The notes under the pieces: model-generated
The model's input: the letters and a program-made list of their open reading frames with translations, nothing else
Told to the model about the DNA's origin: nothing
Database searches by the model: none
From: Nitrospirota bacterium
GTDB taxonomy: Bacteria; Nitrospirota; Thermodesulfovibrionia; Thermodesulfovibrionales; JdFR-86
Length of the DNA: 64,000 nucleotides
NCBI GenBank assembly: GCA_963721805.1
Contig: CAVRJY010000001.1
Location: 1,024,001-1,088,000, forward strand
Reading direction: 5' to 3'
Shown: in pieces, positions 1-9,035 of the stretch
How the letters are laid out: each line of letters opens with the position of its first letter
Numbering within the stretch: the first letter of the stretch is position 1
Program-made: the position numbers and the translations under genes

Positions 1-382
1 AGCGCTCCTTGAATATCGCGCGCGCCTGCACAAGAGTGAGCCCGACCACGTCAGGGATGCGCTTGGGGTTGAGCCCCCGGCTAACGACTACGCGCACGAT
101 CCCGCCGCTTTCGCCCTTGATCGTGGTTCCGGGGGCGGTCTCCTGCCTGACGATATGGCCCTTGGCCACGGCCGAGTCGGACTCCTCGCTTCCGACCACA
201 AGCTCGAGCCCGAGACGCCGCAGGTCCTCGCGCGCGTCCTGAAGCGCGAGCCCCGTGACGTCCGGCACCGTGACGCTCACGCGCGAGCCCGTCATGCGCA
301 TCGTCACGAAGGCCGAGGCCGCGCATATGACCACCGCGAAGATGGCCCATAAGGCGTATCGTTTCAGGTTGCCTGTATCCAC
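1..382 (-). CDS. PASTA domain-containing membrane protein (3' end runs off window)
   Basis: Manual translation from GTG at 382: N-terminal TM segment, then VTVPDVTGL..DAREDL..LGL and RIPDVVGLTL PASTA repeats; abuts the rsmB stop. Confidence 0.8.
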   Translation of the reverse strand, partial: MDTGNLKRYALWAIFAVVICAASAFVTMRMTGSRVSVTVPDVTGLALQDAREDLRRLGLELVVGSEESDSAVAKGHIVRQETAPGTTIKGESGGIVRVVVSRGLNPKRIPDVVGLTLVQARAIFKER

Positions 383-1711
383 TTAATCTTTTCTCTTTCC
401 AATGGCGGCCGCGAAAAAACCGTCCATCCCGTGCGTGTGAGGATATGTGCGCATGACCCCGCCCCGGGCGATGCCGCCAGCGAGCGCCTCATCTATCATA
501 AAGAACTCGGCCGCGCTCTTCAAGGCCGCCTCGATCACGTCCTCGCCCTCCTCGGGCTCGGTCGAGCAGGTCGCGTATACGAGCCTGCCCCCGGGCCGCA
601 GCAGCCCCGATACCGTGCGCAGCATATCGAGCTGCCGCTTGCCGTATGCCGCGAGCGCGGCCTCCTCGTGGCGGTAGCGAACATCAGGGTTGCGGCGCAT
701 CACGCCAAGCGCGGTGCACGGGGCATCGAGCAGTATCGCATCGAAGGCCTCCGGCCCTTCGCTGGTGGCGTAGTCCATTATATCAGCCGTAACCGGGGTG
801 ATTGACCTGAGCCCGAGCGCGCTGGCGTTCTCGTGGAGCTTGCCCATGCGCGCCTCGTCGATATCGAGCGCGACGACCTCGCCTCGGTCCTTGATGAGTT
901 CGGCTATGTGCGTGGCCTTGCCTCCGGGCGCGGCGCAGGCATCGAGGATGCGCATCCCCTCTTCGGGCCTGAGCATGATAGAGACGAGCTGCGCGGCCTC
1001 GTCCTGCACCAAGGCTGAGCCCATGAGAGCCCGAAGGGCCTCTATGGATATTTCGCCGGTGAGCGTGACCCCGACCGGGCTGTATACAGTAGGCGCGGCC
1101 TCGATGCCCATGCCGGAGAGCTTTGCGATGAACTCCTCGCGCGTGGAGCGGAGCGTGTTGACCCGAAGCGTAAGCGGTGGGCGGGTGTTGTCCGCCTCGG
1201 CGAGCGCTAGGGCATCCGCTATGCCGAACCTCGCGACCCACCGCCGGGTGAGCCACTTGGGGTGCGAGGTCAGAAGCGCGATCGTGGCCGCGGCCTTAAG
1301 CGTGTCGCGCTCCGTGGCCAGCCCCTCGCGCATCGCGTCTAGCTCGGCGCGTATCGAGTCGAGCTCGCGCGCCGCGCCCCGGAGCACCGCGTTAACGAGC
1401 GGTTTTTGCCGCCGCTCGATAGAGACCGCCTCGTTCACCGCGGCAAATTGCGGCACGCGCATGTACAGCAGTTGATACAGCCCGATGCGGATGTTGTTTA
1501 TGGTCTCGGGGTTCAGGCCGCCGGGTTTTTTGAGGAACCGTCTACCAACCCAGTCGAGCGTGTCGAGGTGGCGGAGGCTGCCGTACAGAAGCTCCATCTC
1601 GAACGCCCGGTCGCGCGGGGCGAGGTCAGCGAGCGCGTCCCTGGGCTTCTCCCCGCCCGCGCCCACGGCCGCGAGCGCCTTTATGGCCAGCTCCCTTGGG
1701 TTCATCTCCAT
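383..1711 (-). CDS. rsmB: 16S rRNA m5C967 methyltransferase RsmB/Sun
   Basis: NusB-like N-terminus; ILDACAAPGGKA, DAPCT and YATCS motifs. Confidence 0.95.
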   Translation of the reverse strand: MEMNPRELAIKALAAVGAGGEKPRDALADLAPRDRAFEMELLYGSLRHLDTLDWVGRRFLKKPGGLNPETINNIRIGLYQLLYMRVPQFAAVNEAVSIERRQKPLVNAVLRGAARELDSIRAELDAMREGLATERDTLKAAATIALLTSHPKWLTRRWVARFGIADALALAEADNTRPPLTLRVNTLRSTREEFIAKLSGMGIEAAPTVYSPVGVTLTGEISIEALRALMGSALVQDEAAQLVSIMLRPEEGMRILDACAAPGGKATHIAELIKDRGEVVALDIDEARMGKLHENASALGLRSITPVTADIMDYATSEGPEAFDAILLDAPCTALGVMRRNPDVRYRHEEAALAAYGKRQLDMLRTVSGLLRPGGRLVYATCSTEPEEGEDVIEAALKSAAEFFMIDEALAGGIARGGVMRTYPHTHGMDGFFAAAIGKRKD

Positions 1712-1810
1712 CGTGATGAGATTTTAACAGATTCATGGTTGTAACCGGGGGAGCGGCGCCCCATAAATGGAAGGGGCCAGTCGGCCCCCTTGACAGTCGT
1801 GGGGCGATAT

Positions 1811-1828
1811 GGTTTACAAATGTATATA
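1811..1828 (+). promoter_or_regulatory. Candidate LexA (SOS) box upstream of lexA
   Basis: GGTTTACAAATGTATATA, imperfect palindrome (TTTAC-N4-GTATA) directly before the lexA ATG; resembles Geobacter-type GGTT-N2-C-N4-G-N3-ACC; TTGACA at 1790-1795. Confidence 0.55.
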
Positions 1829-1829
1829 T

Positions 1830-2420
1830 ATGCAGGAGATGACCGAGAGGCAGCGCGGGGTGATGGAGTTCCTGCGGGAATACGCAGCCGAGCGGGGCTA
1901 TCCGCCCACGGTGCGCGAGATCGGCGCGCGGTTTGCCATCACGTGGCCGGCGGCGCGCGGACACCTGAAGGCCCTCGCAAAAAAGGGGCTGATCCGGCTT
2001 GTGCCCGGCAGGTCGCGCGGGATCGAGCTTTTTCAGGCCGCGGCGGGCATCCCGATAGCCGGGGCTATACGCGCGGGCTCTCCGATCCCTGCGGTGCAGG
2101 AGCATGAGGCGCGCATAGTCGTGGACCCGGGGCTATTCCGCGACCCGCGCTCGTTCGCGCTGCGCGTCACGGGAGACAGCATGCGGGATGCCGGGATATT
2201 TGACGGCGATTTCGTGATCGTGAGCCCCGGCGCGGAGGTGGCTACGGGCGCGATAGGCGTGGGGCTGATCGGCGATGAGGCCACGGTCAAGCGCATACGG
2301 CCCAACGCCGACGGCACGGTCACGCTGATACCGGAGAACCCGGAGTTCTCGCCGGTGACGTATCCGCCCGGCGAGGTAAGCATCATCGGCCGCGTGAGCG
2401 GCGTTATTCGCAAGCTCTGA
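1830..2420 (+). CDS. lexA: SOS repressor LexA
   Basis: GYPPTVREI HTH, AG cleavage site, GDSM serine and TVKR lysine motifs; start taken at MQEMTERQ. Confidence 0.95.
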   Translation: MQEMTERQRGVMEFLREYAAERGYPPTVREIGARFAITWPAARGHLKALAKKGLIRLVPGRSRGIELFQAAAGIPIAGAIRAGSPIPAVQEHEARIVVDPGLFRDPRSFALRVTGDSMRDAGIFDGDFVIVSPGAEVATGAIGVGLIGDEATVKRIRPNADGTVTLIPENPEFSPVTYPPGEVSIIGRVSGVIRKL

Positions 2421-2466
2421 TGGATAAACGTAAACTCTAATGAATATCCGCAAGCTCTGAGGGAAT

Positions 2467-2706
2467 ATGGAAGAGGAACGCATAAGCGTGGTCGCATCGT
2501 TCGGCGCGCCGTACAAGATGCGGCCTGTGAGGTTCAACTGGGCCGGACGGCTGCATGACATACGCGAGGTCACGTACTCATGGACCACGCACGAGGGCAC
2601 GGACATGCTCTATCACTTCTCGGTCACGGACGGCGGGGCGCTCTACGAGCTCTGCTTTAACAGCAGCTCCTTGCGCTGGCACCTAAGGGGCGTCGAGGCC
2701 CAATAG
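2467..2706 (+). CDS. Small SOS-cassette protein, ImuB C-terminal/DUF6504-like
   Basis: 79 aa with PVRFNWAGR..I..V.YSW...F.V.....YEL.F....RWHL pattern, between lexA and dinB. Confidence 0.65.
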   Translation: MEEERISVVASFGAPYKMRPVRFNWAGRLHDIREVTYSWTTHEGTDMLYHFSVTDGGALYELCFNSSSLRWHLRGVEAQ

Positions 2707-2718
2707 TGAGGTTACTCG

Positions 2719-3942
2719 ATGGAACCGGTCATACTTTGTTCGGACATGGACGCATTCTTCGCCTCGGTCGAGCAGAAGGTGAACCCCGCGCTCAGGGGCA
2801 AGCCTATCGCTGTGATAGGCGCGATGGGCCGCACTGTGGTTACGACGGCATCGTACGAGGCCCGCGCGCTCGGGGTCAAGACCGGGATGAACGTCAGGGA
2901 AGCCCGCGCCGCATGCCCTCAGGTGATATTCGTCGCGGGCGACAACGCGCGCTATACCCACACCTGCCGCATCCTCGAGCAGATATACCTGCGCTACACC
3001 CCTGAGGCGGAGGTCTACTCCATCGACGAGGCCTTCCTCGATATCACGACGACGGCCCACCTCTTCGGCGGCGCGATCGAGCTCGGCCGCAGGATAAAGG
3101 CCGCGGTGCGCTCCCGCTTCGGGATAAACTGCACCGTCGGCATCGGGCCGAATATTCTGATAGCCAAGCTCGCAAGCGACCTCGCAAAGCCCGACGGCCT
3201 GCGCTGGATAAAGTCAGCCGATATCCCCGGCGCGCTGGAGGCCCTCCCGGTAGATAAGCTCTGGGGCATAGGAAAAAAGACTACCGAGCGGCTCGCCTCG
3301 CTTGGCATACGCACATGCGGGGAGCTCGGCCGCGCGCCGGCGAGCATGCTCCGAAGCCGCTTCGGGATCATGGGCGAGCACCTGCACGCGATGGGGCTTG
3401 GGCTATGCGAGAGGCCGCTCCGGCGCGAGGAGTCAGACCCCAAGAGCATCGGCCACAGCACGACGCTGCCAGAGGACATCCGCGAGCGCGAGCTGGCCGC
3501 GGCATGGCTTCTGAGGCTTGCCGAGAAGGTCGGCCGCCGCGCCCGGGCCAACGACCTCAAGGGACGGAAGGTCACGCTCACCTTGCGGTACTCGGACTTC
3601 AGGACCCTCACCCGGCAGGCCATGCTCCCTGCCGCGACGAACGACACGCACGTGATCCTATCGCAGGCGCTCGACCTCTATGATTCGATCAATCCGCGCG
3701 ACCCGGTGCGGCTGCTCGGCATCTCGATCTCGTCGCTCGTCCCCGGCGGGGGGCAGCTCTGCCTGATGCCCGAGGAGCGCCGCCGCGCCGAGCTCCTGCG
3801 TGCGATGGACAGCGTGAACGACCGCTACGGCCGCTCCACGGTCACATGGGCCGGGCAGGCAGGTAGCGGGATGCCGAGGAAGTCCGGCGAATGGGTGATA
3901 TCCCCGGCCTGGCGTCCCTCGGGCCTCCGCAATACCGAGTAG
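2719..3942 (+). CDS. dinB: DNA polymerase IV (Y family)
   Basis: DMDAFFASVEQ, SYEAR, SIDEAFLD, LAKPDG motifs. Confidence 0.95.
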   Translation: MEPVILCSDMDAFFASVEQKVNPALRGKPIAVIGAMGRTVVTTASYEARALGVKTGMNVREARAACPQVIFVAGDNARYTHTCRILEQIYLRYTPEAEVYSIDEAFLDITTTAHLFGGAIELGRRIKAAVRSRFGINCTVGIGPNILIAKLASDLAKPDGLRWIKSADIPGALEALPVDKLWGIGKKTTERLASLGIRTCGELGRAPASMLRSRFGIMGEHLHAMGLGLCERPLRREESDPKSIGHSTTLPEDIRERELAAAWLLRLAEKVGRRARANDLKGRKVTLTLRYSDFRTLTRQAMLPAATNDTHVILSQALDLYDSINPRDPVRLLGISISSLVPGGGQLCLMPEERRRAELLRAMDSVNDRYGRSTVTWAGQAGSGMPRKSGEWVISPAWRPSGLRNTE

Positions 3943-4006
3943 CGTTGCGAATCGGGCGGGATTCTGTTAATCTCCGATAAGCGCTATTTAATCCGGGAGG
4001 ACCGCT

Positions 4007-4435
4007 ATGAAGAACACCGCACCAGTCAAGCACGCTGCGACATGGCATGAACAGCATCTCGCCGCGCTGACGACGGGCCAGAAGGTGGCCGACGAGGTCG
4101 CAAGGGGCATGGGCTCATGGCCGTTTATCATCATTCAGACGATCTTCGTCTGCATCTGGATGGCCCTGAACCTGATCGGCTGGATGTTCCACTGGGACGT
4201 ATACCCGTTTATCCTGCTAAACCTGATCTTCTCTTTGCAGGCGGCATACGCCGCCCCGGTCATCATGATGGCCCAAAACCGCCAGAACGAGCGCGACCGC
4301 GTCCAGGCAGCCGCTGACTACCGCACCAACGTCGAAGCGAAAAAGGAGATCGAGGCCCTTCAAGTCGCGATAGCCCGCATCGAAACCGAAAAGCTCGGAG
4401 AGATATTAAAAAGGCTGGATGACCTGAAAAAGTAG
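4007..4435 (+). CDS. DUF1003 membrane protein
   Basis: GSWPFII...DVYPFILLNLIFSLQAAYAAPVIMMAQNRQ signature. Confidence 0.9.
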   Translation: MKNTAPVKHAATWHEQHLAALTTGQKVADEVARGMGSWPFIIIQTIFVCIWMALNLIGWMFHWDVYPFILLNLIFSLQAAYAAPVIMMAQNRQNERDRVQAAADYRTNVEAKKEIEALQVAIARIETEKLGEILKRLDDLKK

Positions 4436-4452
4436 GCGGCACGGGACGCGCC

Positions 4453-5745
4453 TCAGCCGCGAAGCTTAACCCCATTTTTGCGGCCCAGCAGATATACGCC
4501 GCAAGCCCCCAGCGCGCAAAAAATGCCGCCCGCCTGCAAGGCGCGGCCCGAACCCAGGCTTTGGCCGATGGCGCCCATCCAAAAGCTCCCGATAGGCATG
4601 CTCCCGCCGAAGACCAGGGCCCAGATGCCCATCAGCCTGCCCCGCAGGTGATCGGGGGACTGGGTCTGGATGATGCTGTTGCCGATGGAAAAAAACAGGA
4701 TGATGCCGAACCCGGCGAAAAATAGGATGAAGGCCGCGCCGACCGGGTGATGCATGAACCCGAATAGGATGATGAAGGCCCCATAGATGCCCGCTCCGGT
4801 ATAAAGCGTTTTAACGCGGACGATACGGGAGCCCTGCGAGGCGACGAAGAGGGCCGCGGTACAGGCGCCGAGGCCGTTGAGCGCCAGAAGCCAGCCATAC
4901 CCCTGTGCGTCCATGCTCAATTGCGTTACCGCGAAGGCGGACAGCTGGGACTGGTAGGCCCAGCCTCCCACCCCCATGACCAGAAGCAGGGTTACGGTCT
5001 GGGCCATGGTGGAATTTCTCCTTAGATACTTAAATCCCTCCAGGGTGTATCTCCAGTCGGCTGTCACCTTTTCAGGCGCATAGTGCGCTGCCGGGAGCCG
5101 GATCTTGTGGATCGCGTAAAGGACCGCAAGATAACTTATGGCATCCAGAAGGAAGCACCATGCGGCCCCGAAGTAGGCCAGCAACAGCCCCCCGATAGCG
5201 GGCCCGATGACACGGGTCGAGTTCACCATGGCGCTGTTAAGCGCGATGGCGTTCACCAAATCTCTCTTGCCAACCAGCTCCACCATGAGGGTCTGCCGCG
5301 ACGGCATCTCAAACGTGATCGACAGCCCCCAGAGAGCGGAAAAGGCCATCAGATACACGATGTGCACGGGACCGCGAAAGAGCATCACGGCCAGCGTCAG
5401 CGAAGACAGCAGCGAAAACCAGCTGGTCACGGTGAAGATCCTGATCTTGGGGATGCGGTCGGCCAGGGAGCCTGCATAAATCGCTAAGAGGAATATGGGG
5501 AGGGAACCGAGCATGAATACGATACCCAGCAGAAATTCCGAGTGCGTGAGTTGAAACGCTACCCACCCAAGGGCGGCGGTGCGGGTCCAGGTGCCGATCA
5601 GCGAGACGGTCTGTCCCCAATAGAAATAGCGGTAATTGGGGTTGCGCAACGCGGAGAAGGTATTGTGCCACCCGGTCGAGGGGGGCAGCCCGGCGTTATT
5701 CGCCTCGGACTGCTGCAACCTTTCCTGGGGGTTCTCTAAGCTCAA
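4453..5745 (-). CDS. MFS transporter
   Basis: About 12 hydrophobic segments; NYRYFYWGQTVSLIGTW, GSLADR, NAIALNSAMVN, LRGRLMG motifs. Confidence 0.9.
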   Translation of the reverse strand: MSLENPQERLQQSEANNAGLPPSTGWHNTFSALRNPNYRYFYWGQTVSLIGTWTRTAALGWVAFQLTHSEFLLGIVFMLGSLPIFLLAIYAGSLADRIPKIRIFTVTSWFSLLSSLTLAVMLFRGPVHIVYLMAFSALWGLSITFEMPSRQTLMVELVGKRDLVNAIALNSAMVNSTRVIGPAIGGLLLAYFGAAWCFLLDAISYLAVLYAIHKIRLPAAHYAPEKVTADWRYTLEGFKYLRRNSTMAQTVTLLLVMGVGGWAYQSQLSAFAVTQLSMDAQGYGWLLALNGLGACTAALFVASQGSRIVRVKTLYTGAGIYGAFIILFGFMHHPVGAAFILFFAGFGIILFFSIGNSIIQTQSPDHLRGRLMGIWALVFGGSMPIGSFWMGAIGQSLGSGRALQAGGIFCALGACGVYLLGRKNGVKLRG

Positions 5746-6329
5746 TCATCCCCCTGCTCTGCGATGAAGGCCTCCACCGTAAAGACCCCCGCCTGAGCCG
5801 GAAAGACCTTCTCCGTGAGTACGCGGTGGACCTCCTGGTCCGCGTCGAAACAGGCGTCGCCGAGGACAACGCACCGGAAGTCCAGGTCGAATGCCCGCCT
5901 TAGCGTGGAGAGCGTGATGCCGCTCGTCGAGATCCCGAACAACACGAGGCTCTCGATGCCTCGGGAGCGAAGGATCAGCTGGAGCTGGTTTTCGGAAAAC
6001 GCGCCCACCCGCTGCTTGTATACCACGAGCTCTCCGGTACGGGCTATAGAGCCGTGGAATTCGGCGGATGCGCTGCCCTTTATGAAGAGGTTGTTTTGCT
6101 TGACCCGCTTAAACGGGGATTCGATATCCGGGATCTCAGGATGGCCTTCTGAGAATCCGAGCCCCACGTGGATTATCAGATATCCCCTCTTTCTGGCGAA
6201 TTCCACGGCCTTCGACGCGTTTGGGATGATCGCCTCTGCGCCGGGGACGAATCCCAGAATCCCCTTTTGGAAATCGAGGGTCAGCAAGGCCGTTTTCTTG
6301 GGATCGAGTTTCATCTGCCTTCCTTTCAT
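5742..6329 (-). CDS. Isochorismatase-family cysteine hydrolase-like protein
   Basis: TALLTLDFQ, KQRVGAF, GISTSG..LSTLRRAFDLDF motifs. Confidence 0.85.
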   Translation of the reverse strand: MKGRQMKLDPKKTALLTLDFQKGILGFVPGAEAIIPNASKAVEFARKRGYLIIHVGLGFSEGHPEIPDIESPFKRVKQNNLFIKGSASAEFHGSIARTGELVVYKQRVGAFSENQLQLILRSRGIESLVLFGISTSGITLSTLRRAFDLDFRCVVLGDACFDADQEVHRVLTEKVFPAQAGVFTVEAFIAEQGDD

Positions 6330-6484
6330 CTATGGAAAGACTTAATCTGCCGCGCCCGTATTCCTTAATTATAGTCAAAAGAGGCGTACATGCAATGCGC
6401 GGCTAACGGGCGCCACGGGCAGCTCTCCCTTAAGGCCGCCGCGCCCGTATTGTCCTTAGCGTCCCGGTTGTTTTAAAATAACCT

Positions 6485-6838
6485 ATGAGAACAGACATAT
6501 ACAGGGAACGGGTGCTCACCTGTCCGTTTTGCATGAAGCCGGTCATGCCGCCTGTGGCCATATCGACTCCTTTTGGCGATACGGTGGACGGCGGCATATG
6601 CGGCAGTTGCGGTGCGGTCTACGTATACGACCGCTCCGGCAGGATGCTCGGCGAGGCGATGACGAACGCGCTCGCCTTCGCGTACAACTGGGACTACGAC
6701 GCGGCGTTTCACACCGAGGGCCCTGGTTACCGTGAGCTGGTCGTGCGCTTTGACGCCAAGCTGGGCAAATACATGCTCGACGACGACCGCCGCTCGACCA
6801 GGGACGCCAAATACTTCTTCGTCAAGAGGAACAAATAG
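6485..6838 (+). CDS. Hypothetical protein with two CxxC motifs (possible Zn ribbon)
   Basis: CPFC and CGSC; TAAAAT 5 nt before ATG; first gene of the def-fmt run. Confidence 0.7.
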   Translation: MRTDIYRERVLTCPFCMKPVMPPVAISTPFGDTVDGGICGSCGAVYVYDRSGRMLGEAMTNALAFAYNWDYDAAFHTEGPGYRELVVRFDAKLGKYMLDDDRRSTRDAKYFFVKRNK

Positions 6839-6846
6839 GGGAAGAT

Positions 6847-7359
6847 ATGGCGGCCCGCGAGATATGCACATGGCCAAACCCGGTCCTCACCAAAAAGTGC
6901 GCGCCCGTAAAGGGCGTTGACGACGAGGTGCGCGCCCTCATGGACGACATGGTCGAGACGATGTACGCCGAGAAAGGCGTGGGGCTCGCAGCGCCCCAGG
7001 TCGGGGTCTCGAAGCGCGTCATCGTGATCGACCCGGGCGCGCGCGAGGGCGAGGAGAGCAACCTCATCGTGCTCGCCAATCCCGTAATCATATCGGCCGA
7101 GGGCGAGGACGTGGCCGAGGAGGGCTGCCTGAGCCTGCCTGACTTCACCACCAACGTCCCGAGGGCCGAGATGGTCGTCGTCCGCGGGATGGACCGCGAG
7201 GGCGAGGAGTTCGAGTATGAGGCAAGCGGCCTGCTCGCGCGGATATTCCAGCACGAGATAGACCACCTCGACGGCGTGCTGCTTCTGCAGAAGGCCAGCC
7301 CGCTGAAGCGCGAGTTCTACAAAAAGCGCGTCAAAAAGAGCCTTGCCAGGACGGGCTGA
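6847..7359 (+). CDS. def: Peptide deformylase
   Basis: GVGLAAPQ, EGCLS, QHEIDHLDG motifs. Confidence 0.97.
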   Translation: MAAREICTWPNPVLTKKCAPVKGVDDEVRALMDDMVETMYAEKGVGLAAPQVGVSKRVIVIDPGAREGEESNLIVLANPVIISAEGEDVAEEGCLSLPDFTTNVPRAEMVVVRGMDREGEEFEYEASGLLARIFQHEIDHLDGVLLLQKASPLKREFYKKRVKKSLARTG

Positions 7360-7374
7360 GAGCGTGCGGCCCGC

Positions 7375-8295
7375 ATGCCGGTAGTATTCTTCGGAACCCC
7401 GCGCTTCGCGCTCCCGGCACTTGAGGCCCTTCTCAATTCAGGCGAGCGGGTGCTCGCGGTCGTCACCCAGCCGGACAGGAAACAGGGCAGGGGACATACT
7501 CTGTCGGCCCCTCCGGTCAAGCTCCGCGCTCTGGAGGCCGGCTTGACGGTGCTCCAGCCCCCGACGCTCCGCGATGAAGGCGTCATAGCCGATCTCCGCT
7601 CGCTCAAGCCCGATTTCTTCGTGGTCGTGGCATACGGCAATATACTGCCCAAGGCCGCTCTCGATATCCCTGCCATCGCGCCCGTGAACATCCATGCATC
7701 GCTCCTGCCCCGCTACAGGGGGGCCGCCCCGATAGCGCGCGCGGTGCTCGATTGCGAGACCGAGACCGGGGTGACCACGATGCTGATGAGCGAGGGGCTC
7801 GACGAGGGCGACATACTGATCGAGGCCCGCTGCCCTATAAACCCTGACGACACTGCCGGGAGCCTGAGCGAGCGCCTCTCGGAAATGGGCGGCCCGCTCT
7901 TGCTTAAAACGCTTGCCGGGCTCCGCGACGGCACGCTCAAGCCGGCCCCCCAGCAAGGCGAGTCCAACTATGCGCGGCAGCTCCGCAAGTCCGACGGGCT
8001 TATAGACTGGGCTCGCCCGGCTCGCGAGCTCGACTGCCACGTGCGCGGGATGATCCCGTGGCCCGTAGCGTTTTTCATGCACGGGGGCCGGGCGGTCAAG
8101 GTGCTCCGGGCCCGGGCGGCCGATGGCAGTGCAGAGCCCGGTTTGGTAGAATCTATCAAGGGCGATACGATGGTTGTCGGTACGGGGGAGGGCGCGCTTG
8201 AGCTGCTCGAGCTTCAGCCCGAGGGCAAGCGCCCGATGCCGGCAAGCGCATACGCACAGGGGCGGCACATAAAGGAAGGCATGAGGCTACTATGA
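7375..8295 (+). CDS. fmt: Methionyl-tRNA formyltransferase
   Basis: FFGTPRFA, VVTQPDR, NIHASLLPRYRGAAPI motifs. Confidence 0.97.
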   Translation: MPVVFFGTPRFALPALEALLNSGERVLAVVTQPDRKQGRGHTLSAPPVKLRALEAGLTVLQPPTLRDEGVIADLRSLKPDFFVVVAYGNILPKAALDIPAIAPVNIHASLLPRYRGAAPIARAVLDCETETGVTTMLMSEGLDEGDILIEARCPINPDDTAGSLSERLSEMGGPLLLKTLAGLRDGTLKPAPQQGESNYARQLRKSDGLIDWARPARELDCHVRGMIPWPVAFFMHGGRAVKVLRARAADGSAEPGLVESIKGDTMVVGTGEGALELLELQPEGKRPMPASAYAQGRHIKEGMRLL

Positions 8296-8816
8296 TCTAC
8301 CGCTTCAGCCGCGGCATCCTGCTAAAACTTATCTACCCAGTATTGATGGGGTTCGGCCTGTTCATGAAGGGCCAAAAGGAGGCCCTCCAGCGCTGGGTCG
8401 TCCGCGCCAATAACGCGCTCGTTCTCAGAGAGGGGATCAAGAGCCGCCGCCTCCTGATCCTGCTTCCGCACTGTCTCCAGATCGACCTGTGCGAGATACG
8501 CCTGACTCACAACGTCCATAACTGCAAGCAGTGCGGGCGATGCGGGATCAAGGACCTGATCGGCGTGGCGGACCGCTACGGGCTCGACCTGCACGTCGCG
8601 ACAGGAGGCAACCTGGCGCGCCGCATAGTGATGGACGCCAAGCCCCAGGCGATAGTGGCCGTGGCCTGCGAACGCGACCTCTCAAGCGGGATCGCGGATA
8701 CCTATCCCGTGCCGGTGCTCGGGGTGCCGAACGAACGGCCCTGCGGGCCGTGCCTCAATACCCGCGTGGACATCGCCCTGGTCGAACAGGCCATAGGCAA
8801 ACTCATCGGCGCCTGA
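8292..8816 (+). CDS. DUF116 domain protein
   Basis: LLPHCLQ, CKQCGRC, VATGG, AVACERDL motifs. Confidence 0.85.
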   Translation: MIYRFSRGILLKLIYPVLMGFGLFMKGQKEALQRWVVRANNALVLREGIKSRRLLILLPHCLQIDLCEIRLTHNVHNCKQCGRCGIKDLIGVADRYGLDLHVATGGNLARRIVMDAKPQAIVAVACERDLSSGIADTYPVPVLGVPNERPCGPCLNTRVDIALVEQAIGKLIGA

Positions 8817-8822
8817 TCTGCA

Positions 8823-8905
8823 TGAACAAATCGGCAAGAGGCTGAAGCATGATAAAATTCAAATGATGTTATTGATGGCAATGCAATTAGATGCCGATTT
8901 GTTCA
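8823..8905. repeat. Perfect 14-bp inverted repeat around an AT-rich core
   Basis: TGAACAAATCGGCA (8823-8836) / TGCCGATTTGTTCA (8892-8905). Confidence 0.75.
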
Positions 8906-8914
8906 CCCTTCGGG

Positions 8915-9013
8915 CGAGCCCGGATGCACCCAATCCGCTGTGTTGCGTTCGGCTCGCGGTATTAATATACAGCGTCGCCGCCCGCGCCTTGCGACTTGGG
9001 CACCCCGAACTCG
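8915..9013. repeat. Palindromic intergenic element (REP/ERIC-like architecture)
   Basis: Outer arms CGAGCCCGGATGCACCCAA / TTGGGCACCCCGAACTCG, internal TGTTG...GTA-TAC...CCTTG layout like element A. Confidence 0.5.
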
Positions 9014-9035
9014 TGCAATATCAGGCGAGGTAGCG

